From: an uncultured Roseivirgaceae bacterium
GTDB taxonomy: Bacteria > Bacteroidota > Bacteroidia > Cytophagales > Cyclobacteriaceae
DNA length: 64,000 nt
Direction of reading: 5' to 3'
Assembly (NCBI GenBank): GCA_964507705.1
Contig: CAZDRA010000005.1
Location: 1,353-65,352 of the forward strand
In this document: piece by piece, positions 48,189 to 56,500 of the stretch
How the letters are laid out: every line of letters begins with the position of its first letter
Numbering within the stretch: the stretch's first letter is position 1
Made by a program: the position numbers and the translations under genes
The notes under the pieces: generated by a model
What the model was told of the DNA's origin: nothing
The model's input: the letters and a program-made list of their open reading frames with translations, nothing else
The model's database searches: none

Positions 48189-48434
48189 CAACTGCAGCTA
48201 GGACATTACTTTAAGCCCAGGCAGAGGTAGAAATAAAAACGACAATAAGTACAAAGAGGGCAATCGTAAGATTTAAAATCTTTTTTAGTGGCTTTTTCAT
48301 AACAGTAATATTTATTCAATTCTATAAACAATTGTAAAACGTCAATTGTTTCGCTATCCATATAATAAACTAATATTTTTATATTGGTTTTATAGAAGAT
48401 GTCACAATGGATACACTTTTGGTTTAAAAGAATC
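48189..48434. repeat. direct repeat copy R1 (~246 bp)
   Basis: Aligns by eye with 49179-49423, with about 13 differences including a 1-nt indel. Confidence 0.9.
48211..48300 (-). CDS. 29-codon hydrophobic mini-ORF inside R1 (MKKPLKKILNLTIALFVLIVVFISTSAWA)
   Basis: Hand translation shows a basic N terminus plus a single hydrophobic helix. A paralogous copy lies in R2, and the differences between them are mostly synonymous or conservative. Confidence 0.35.
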   Translation of the reverse strand: MKKPLKKILNLTIALFVLIVVFISTSAWA

Positions 48435-48567
48435 CCTGCGACAGCGGTAGGCAGGTCTGCCTACCGCAGGAAGGCTTGCGATATCGGATCACAATTTGTG
48501 ACATCAAATAATTATTGATTCAATGAAATGGTTAATTTTACAGGATGTCTTTCAAAAGCAAAATATT

Positions 48568-48783
48568 ATGAGAACAGAAACAATAAAATTAGGTCTTATT
48601 GACCGTTTGATGAGAGTGCATGAAGTATCTACTTTGCAGAGGATGGAAAAGCTTATAACACAGGCTGAAATGGAATCAAGGACTAAAAAATCATTAGAAG
48701 CAATCGACAAGGGAGATGTTTTATCAATGGATGAATTTAGTAAAGAGAATATGCAATGGCTGAAGAAAAAATATACAAAATAG
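48568..48783 (+). CDS. putative antitoxin of a type II TA pair
   Basis: 71-aa ORF (start at ATG 48568, MRTETIKLGLIDRL). It overlaps the downstream ParE/RelE-like gene by 28 nt. The family is not recognised with confidence. Confidence 0.5.
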   Translation: MRTETIKLGLIDRLMRVHEVSTLQRMEKLITQAEMESRTKKSLEAIDKGDVLSMDEFSKENMQWLKKKYTK

Positions 48784-49103
48784 TAATTGCCCGGCCTGCG
48801 AAGAATCGTTATCAGAAAAGTGTTCTGCCTTACCTTTATGAGAATTTTAGTTTTGAAAGAGCCATTGAGATAGATGAAAGCATTCTGAAGACTACAGGGA
48901 CATTAGATAAGAATCCCGGCAGGGGAAGAAAGGAAAAATACCTTGAAGAAGCAAAAGAAGATTTTAGGTTTATTCTCTATAAGGAAACAAAGCACTTCGA
49001 GGTTAAGATAATCTTCTACATTAACAAGGATGAGGGCAATGTATATGTAACAGATTTTTTTCCAACAAAAATGGATCCTCAAAAAATCACTAAAAAGAAA
49101 TAG
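48756..49103 (+). CDS. RelE/ParE-superfamily toxin-like protein
   Basis: 115 aa. The layout YKIVIARPAKNRY...NPGRGRKEKYLEE...FRFILYKETKHFEVKIIFYINKDEGNVYVTDFF matches the ParE/RelE plasmid-stabilisation fold pattern. Confidence 0.6.
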   Translation: MAEEKIYKIVIARPAKNRYQKSVLPYLYENFSFERAIEIDESILKTTGTLDKNPGRGRKEKYLEEAKEDFRFILYKETKHFEVKIIFYINKDEGNVYVTDFFPTKMDPQKITKKK

Positions 49104-49178
49104 CCCACGCACAAGCCTGCATCCCACTAACAAGCCAACACTCTTTGTAGCGAGGATGTCATGGAATGGAGCACTTGC

Positions 49179-49423
49179 CAACTGCAGCTAGGACATTACT
49201 TTAAGCTCAGGCAGAGGTAGAAATAAAAACAACAATAAGTACAATGAGGGCAATCGTAAGATTTAAAATCTTTTTCAGTGGCTTTTTCATAACAGTAATA
49301 TTTATTCAAATTTATATACAATTGTAGAACGTCATTTGTTTCACTATCCATATAATAAACCAATATTTTTATTTGGTTTTATAGAAGATGTCACAATGGA
49401 TACACTTTTGGTTTAAAGGAATC
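49179..49423. repeat. direct repeat copy R2 (~245 bp)
   Basis: Second copy of R1, 990 bp downstream. It ends exactly at the stop codon of the TauE/SafE gene. Confidence 0.9.
49207..49290 (-). CDS. 27-codon paralog of the hydrophobic mini-ORF inside R2
   Basis: MKKPLKKILNLTIALIVLIVVFISTSA. Relative to R1 it has 2 synonymous changes, F16I, and TGG to TGA removing the last 2 residues. Confidence 0.35.
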   Translation of the reverse strand: MKKPLKKILNLTIALIVLIVVFISTSA

Positions 49424-50410
49424 TCAAATATTAATGTTAGATTTTTTTAGACGGACAAAGCCAAAAAAGAAAATTAACCCAAACAAAAACACGGCGGCAG
49501 AATACAGGAGTAAAATACCTGAAGGTTTGATAATGAGAAGTGCTCCTATAAATTGAACAATAATCACTATATATAAAAACACAGATATAAATCCCCTGGT
49601 CCTGTTATTAATAAAATATGCTCCGAGTGGGGCACCAAAAACTACTACAGGAATGCAAATAAGCCAGCAATTAAACTCTTGTTGCCCAAAATCATTCAGA
49701 ATGAAAAAATGAAGGATAAACCCAATTCCTGAATTAATGGCCATGATAATCACACTGGTCGGAGTGGCTATTTTTTCATTTAGATGATAACGCATGGTCA
49801 CGTAACTAAAGCTAAATATGTCTAATCCGCTACCTAAAAGAGAACTCAATCCTCCTCCAATAATTCCTACCAGGATTACGGAAAGCTTTTCAGATCTGCC
49901 TAATTTCGGCAAGTGATCAACCGTTTTTCTTTTGTAAATAACATTGATATAATAAAGTACTACCCCGAAACTTAACCAAAATGAAACGAATAACATTTTG
50001 GCAAATGGTGCTGGTATTATTGGTACTAAATACAAGCTCCCTAATATTATGCCAACGAAACCACCTATGCTAGCCAACCATAAATACCCATATTCTACTT
50101 TTATTTTTTTTACTAATATCAGGTAAGATGCCGTAGTCATCCCAATTGATTGAATTGCCAAACTAAAATTTCGTGCTACCTCTGGAGAAATATTGAATAT
50201 CAGTGTCATGACAGGAAAGGCGACAGCTCCACCACCTTCAGCGCTTGCGCCTGCAATGAAAGATCCAAAAACCATGGTTACCGGCATAAACCATAATTCT
50301 GCAAACAAAAACCACCTGTTATGAAGAGTCATGTAAAAAGCCCAAATCACCAGAACAAGCGCGATGGGAATAAGTATTTTTAGCGGAAAGCCCGATGGTT
50401 TTTTATTCAT
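49424..50410 (-). CDS. TauE/SafE (DUF81, TSUP) family anion exporter
   Basis: 328 aa, about 8 TM helices with the internal-duplication pattern and Gly-rich motifs (FIAGASAEGGGAVAFPV, IIGGGLSSLLGSGLD). Confidence 0.85.
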   Translation of the reverse strand: MNKKPSGFPLKILIPIALVLVIWAFYMTLHNRWFLFAELWFMPVTMVFGSFIAGASAEGGGAVAFPVMTLIFNISPEVARNFSLAIQSIGMTTASYLILVKKIKVEYGYLWLASIGGFVGIILGSLYLVPIIPAPFAKMLFVSFWLSFGVVLYYINVIYKRKTVDHLPKLGRSEKLSVILVGIIGGGLSSLLGSGLDIFSFSYVTMRYHLNEKIATPTSVIIMAINSGIGFILHFFILNDFGQQEFNCWLICIPVVVFGAPLGAYFINNRTRGFISVFLYIVIIVQFIGALLIIKPSGILLLYSAAVFLFGLIFFFGFVRLKKSNINI

Positions 50411-50475
50411 TTTTGCGGCCTTAAAAATTTTCGCAAGAGAAAGAAAATGGATTGATTAACAATTATCTTAATTGC

Positions 50476-50508
50476 AAAAAAAAAAGGCCAACACTTATTG
50501 GCCTTTTT
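50476..50508. terminator. rho-independent terminator downstream of the giant gene
   Basis: aaaaaaaaaaGGCCAAcacttaTTGGCCttttt has an A-tract, a 6-bp GC-rich stem and a T-tract, so it can work in both directions. Confidence 0.6.
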
Positions 50509-50528
50509 AAAATGATTTTTAATAAATG

Positions 50529-53500
50529 CTACTTTATCAACATCTTTTTGACAACATCGACTCCATTGCTTTCAATTCGGTATAAATATACACCCGGTGA
50601 AACAGATCTGAAACTATCACCTTTATTCCAGGTAACGCTATAAACTCCGGTATCATAATCTTGCTCGTGAACAAATATTATTTCACCAAGAAGATTGATT
50701 ATAGAAAGCTTCGCCTTGCCTGCTTTTGCGATTTTAAATCTTATATCTGTTGACTGATCAAAAGGATTGGGAACATTCTGGAACAACTCCAAATTTCCGT
50801 TTCTCAATTCATCGATGTTTACATTTGCAGAAATGGATTTGATGGCTATTGAACTCAAATTGTGATCAATAGCTACAGCCTTCGTAACTGATGAATTAAG
50901 TTCTACAACACTTTTTGCATCCTCACTTTTTGGGTTAAATCTCAAAACAAATAATACTGTTCCATCGTCCAGGTCAACAGACTTACCGTTGAATTCATCC
51001 CACATGGTGGTGAGAATACCATCGTCAATTAGCTGTTCATTGAAATATCCATCAAGTGCCTTATTTTCCATATCGTATAATTCCAGTTGGCTGGCATCCC
51101 AGGAAATGGTAAACTGGTATCCACTTATACTTCTAAAATCAGAAACAACAATTGGAATTTCAACCAATTCATCTGCGAGTTTAAGATGCTCAAGATTTAA
51201 TTCTATAACACCATTTGTCGATCTGCTTCCATTTTCACCGGTCCATGAATTATTGACATCGCCAATTTTTACAGCTACAAAATCCATATCCAGGTTCTGA
51301 TCGGAAAGAGAAATGTCAACGCTTGTTTCAAAATTGAACGGGTCATTGGAAAGGTCGAAAGTCTCAGGGATAAATAACCAATTAAGTCCATCTACAAAAC
51401 CTTCGTCAATGCCCAGTACCACTTTTCTCATTTGAGCTAAATCGAGAGCTGTCAATGATTTGGAGATATTTACATCCGCAGCAACAATTTGATATGGGCT
51501 GGTAAACTCATCAATTTGCAGCATATGTCTTCTCGATTTAATGATATCAAGTGTTGTTACGGCATCATTTAATTTCGAATCATCTGGTTTTGCTGCAGAT
51601 ATGGTATAATTAGACTGCTCATAAGTATCTAACGAATAAACACCTTTAATATCAGTGATATTCTCCAGTAAATCATCGCCTTCAACTTTTACATTTACAG
51701 CATTTACCGGTTGGCCGGTATAAGTGAAAACTTCACCTCCGACCAATTTAGTCTGTAATATACTGATCACCACATCTTTCGTATTGAATGGCATATCGAT
51801 ATCATCAATTGCTTTAATTCCCATTGATGTGCGTCTGAAATTTAGATAAGCTTCATTAGAGTTTGAGCTCGCTTTGAATCTTATGGAGAATAATTGTGTA
51901 TCGTTTGGCAATTCCAAAGGCAAGTCGTAGTCAGCATTCAGGCTCAACAACCCTTGTTCCACCTCAGTCAAATCAAAATCATTGATATCTATTTCACCGG
52001 CATCTTCTATGCCAACAAATGTGAGCATTTCATCATCCCAGTCCATGGCGATTTTGGCGTTCAAGACATCTGACAACTGATCTGCATAAACGGGCATCAC
52101 AAATTCCTTTCCTGCTTTGGCTTTTATGTCATCAAATCTAAATTTGACAGGCTCAACAAATTGAATTTCGAAACGATCTCCACCGAATGTCTCAGGTACA
52201 TTTTCAATGATTTCAAAATTGTACTCAGAAGAGGCATTGATCACTATCACTTTATCCAAATAGCTGTCTTTGAGTCTCATGGTAGCACCTTCAGAAAATG
52301 ATTCTATTTTTGGGAATTCAAGTGTGTAATTTCCAAAATAGAATGCTTCAATATTCAACTTGATTGATTGCACACCTTTGGATTCGCCCATGGCATTTAT
52401 CACTACTTTTTCATCCTCTCCAATTCTGGAGGATAGATTCACCCATCCGGCACCAAGTTTTATTGCATCAAATCTTTCATCGAATCCATTCGTAGCTACA
52501 TCCATAAAGGTGATGGCTGTTTCATCAATATTGTTATTATCAGAGATTATTTTCACTAACATCTGAGGGAATTTTTCATCAGATTTTCTAAGGAATGAAT
52601 TTCCGTCTGCCGATGATTTCGATGCTTCTGTCATTGATAACACTGAAGTTCCGTCATTTGCTTTCACAAAAAATCCCTGTCCTGAAGACACATATTGCGA
52701 AACACCCCCGGTTCCAACTCCGGTGGTAGAACTATAAGTACCATAATTCTGCGTATTGGGATTCCATACATAAACTGCCTCTGGCCCGAAAGCTGTGGAA
52801 TTTACATTGTCCCAGTCCAGTTCTGAAGGATATGGATTTGCATAGAAATTCCAGCCTCCACCATCTAATGAGCTAGGTGTAAAAGATGCGCTTGGGAAAG
52901 TATATGATTCCCCTGATCCGGCAATATTATCTACTCCATCACCAACTACTGGGAGTCCCTTAAGCGTGATCGTTTGCTCAGGACTATAATTGTTGTCCCA
53001 TTGCCAAAGCTTCATGCCTACACCTACATTTACTGGATTTGCTGTTGATGTAAAATCAATCCATCCATCGGTACCGTTATTACCAGTAGTTCCTATTGGC
53101 TCACTGTATGTGCCAATATTTGTCCAGTGCGAAGGATGTATCTCTGCGACACCTTGAATCCAAACATCATCACTAATTCCGGCAAGCGTTTGCCCTTTTA
53201 TTGGGATACCAATGTATCTCCAACCTTCCGGTCCTGATCTCAAACTTCTTTGCCAGACCACTTCACCGTTTATTCTTGAGCCATCGCCCATCTCACCAAT
53301 TCGTGCAGTATAGCTTGAGGTAGAAACTATCCTGAAATTTTTATCATCACCAGCTCCATCAACATCAATTATTGAGTTGTTGGCCATAGAGAGTGTATTG
53401 TGCAAATTGATATCTATCTCTGCCCTGACGCCGGCACTTCCATTATTAGTAACAGTTATATTATAAAAATCTGCGGCTGAAGCTGTGCCATTTATTAACT

Positions 53501-56500
53501 GAAGGGTATTTCCCGGTGCGTTAAAATTAACCGTACCACTATTACCATTCAATACACCATCAATAGTAAAATCTCCAGAAACACTCAATGTTATGCCGGA
53601 GCTGATGGTCAGGTTTCCTCCAGGAGATTGAATATCTACATTATTTACTGTTAGGTCGCTCGACAAAGTAGTAGTCGTAGTTACAATCAAATCGCTTGGG
53701 CTTCCGATACTTATTACTCCTGTTGTATCGTCCAGCAATGTGCCACTTTGCGTAATAAGCGTAATAAATTCGCTATTGGTACTATATCGTAAATTAGTCC
53801 AGACTACAAACCCACTGGCTAATGCCTGAGTTAATGTTGGTGGAGGACTATCTACTCCAATCGTACCACTTCCTTGCCCCAAGGCAATTGTCACATTGCT
53901 ACTTTCGTCCAAATCTCTGTTGCCATTGGCATCAACGGCCTCTACGTCCAAAGCAATGTCGGTAAGTTCATTAGGGATAGATAGGGTAAAAGCAGTAATA
54001 TTTAGTTGTGTAGCGACTACATCTATGGTAAAAATATTAGAAGTCAAGGTTGTTAAGGTGTTATTGAATTGCGAACCAATGGAATAAGTTTCATTCAAAT
54101 GAGCATTTCCACCAATCTCAAATTCAAGCACTTCATTATCTATAGCTGTATTGGTTAACCATACAGACAATGTGATCTGATCACTTGCTCCATCAGCTAC
54201 AGTTAATGCTCCGAGAGGGATGTCTAAAACCATGACTGAGCCAACAATTGATGTATTGGAAATTGCTATTGAAGTTGATTGAGAATTGTTGTACAATCTT
54301 GCTCCACCAATCACATCCTGCCAAATGGCTACATTTGCTCCTCCGGGATTGAACACTAATCTTGTGACATGTGTAGGTGCACCATCAGCTGTGCCAAGAT
54401 CGCTTACATTGAAACTAAATACTGCTACAGAATCTCCCGGATTGTCTGCTGTTGAAGAGATGGTCGTTCCGCCAGGCTGAGTTGCGCTGGCAAAATCAGT
54501 ATCAGCATCGCTGAGAGGCACATCCTCAAGTAAAACTACAGTACTTTGATTTGTGCCATCGTCTAATACAAAATAGACATCATAAATTGTTAATAAGCCT
54601 AAACCGGCAACTCTTTCATTAAATGTGCTGTCCGAAACAGTCACATCTACCATTCCACTAGCTTCTGCTGCGGCACCATTTCCATTCTCACCAAGAACTA
54701 CTTGCGCTGTTGAAGGCGCTGAAATTGATGGATCTTGAACAATAAAATATGCCGTAGTTGCTTCATCAGCATTTATCTGGAGGTCAAAACCATCTACTGC
54801 AACGCTATCATATTGCGGGAATGTTGCGGTAAATGATGGTGCTTGAATATCATTGATCGTTCCAAAGAACTCAATATTGTCAATTGCCCAAGTGCCTCCC
54901 AAGCCTCCCAAGCCTCCTGATCTATAAGCATAAAGCCTAAATGTTAAAGTATCCTGATCAACAAAATCTACTGGAAGATCTTGGTTTCTATTCCAAACGC
55001 CAGTACCTGTTGTTGTACCGGTTTGAGCACCAACAAAATTATCGTCGCTGGTTCTACCTTCCCATCTATCAGGGCCGGTTCCTGATCGCCTGTGATCAAA
55101 TTCTGCTGAAGTGACATTAAAAGCATATCCGGGATCTGCGATTAATGTTATTTCATAATAACTCCCCACTTCATCAACTGCTCCAGGCCAATTATTTGCA
55201 CTAAAAGCACCGGAAAGCGGAGATGGAGAAATATTTGATCCCCTTGAAATGACACTTACGGTCATGTTTAGAGGTTGGCTATCAGCAGGGAAAGTTGCTT
55301 CATTTCCACTTGCTCCTGTAAAGGTAAATATTGCCATTCGAGGTTCGGATTTTAATACTCCGGTAGAAACCGTTAAAGCAGGGCCACCTCCGTCACTTAT
55401 TTCGAACTCGGTATCTTCTGCAGTGTCGTATATCAAATCTGTCCATACAACTGTACTGTCAGTAGTTGGCTTGGTTAAGCCTGATGCGGCGCTTAAAGTG
55501 CCCACTCCTAAAATATTGGATATTGTCAGCGACTTATCAAGGTCTCTGGTGCCGTTACCATCGATGGCCTCAACTTCGATAGTAAAAACTGCATTGGTAG
55601 CAATAGAATTTATCGGCCCTTCTATAATGTTTAAGGATGTAGCGATAACCCTAATTCTATTATCATCGCCAGCACTTGAGCTTTCAGGCCCACCTGCATC
55701 GGGATCTGTAAATAATGTACCAGCAGGATTGGCAACAGCTGCGGTTACAGTAAATATTATTTGTTCATTGTCAACTATAAAATCACCGGCCATGTAGGTG
55801 ACTCGTAGTTCAAAATTGGTTGTTGCCCCATCTGTGGCAACTATTGGAGTTGCTGAAAGATCGATAGTAAAATCAGCAGTTCCTCCATTTACGTTCGTTG
55901 GGCTTATCAATGTTGCGCCATCCCAAATAGCAACCGCCCGAATAGCTCGAGAGCCATTTGTTGATATAGAAATGGAAGTCAAATTTGTCGCTAATCCATC
56001 AGTTGCACCTCCAACTCCTCCATCTCTCAATGTCATACCAAATACTCCAAGCGAATTACCAAAATTCATAGTCAATGCCGGAGCTTGATAAGTACCATAG
56101 GCAACATCTACTGGAGATACATATGTGGCATCGGTGATAATATCAGAAGCATTGGGATTTGCAGATAATTGACTCCCGGTTGCCGGACTTACAGTATTGA
56201 ATGTAGGACTGACGGAGCTACAATTATATTCATAAATAGCATAGTGATAAGTCGTGTTTGGAATTAATCCGGTAACGGTTACAGCGTTTCCATTACCTTT
56301 ATAGACCACAAACGAACTACCAAACGCAGCCGCAGGAGTTCCATATGCAGCATCTGCAGTATAATTGGTGCCATCAACAGGTATTTCTGTAACGGCAGAT
56401 CCCAGCCTGGCAATTACTATTCTTCCCGTACCATTGCCATTGTCCCAGATAAGATCCATGTTATTAATCATGACATTAGAAAATGTCAGACTTGATGCCT

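Noticed and set aside
48428-48438. gaatccct next to R1 as a remnant attachment site derived from the tRNA-Arg T-arm (ttcgaatccctcc)
   Set aside because: The match is only 8 nt. The same aatccc word precedes unrelated hairpins elsewhere in the window.
48189-49423. Direct repeats considered as a CRISPR array, or the islet as a prophage or integrative element
   Set aside because: There are only two repeat copies, each 245 bp long and 990 bp apart, which is not CRISPR-like. No integrase, transposase or phage genes are present, and no duplication of the tRNA-Arg 3' end was found.
54894-54917. Tandem 9-nt repeat gcctcccaa x2.6 (GGLGGLGG) inside the giant gene as a phase-variation tract
   Set aside because: The repeat unit is a multiple of 3, so slippage would stay in frame. 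With only about 2.6 copies it is just a Gly-rich linker.
55249-56088. Plus-strand ORFs of 182 and 96 aa (and several others) opposite the giant gene
   Set aside because: They are antisense shadows of a Thr/Gly/Ser/Ala-rich gene. Their Ser/Val/Pro-rich low-complexity composition shows no motifs.
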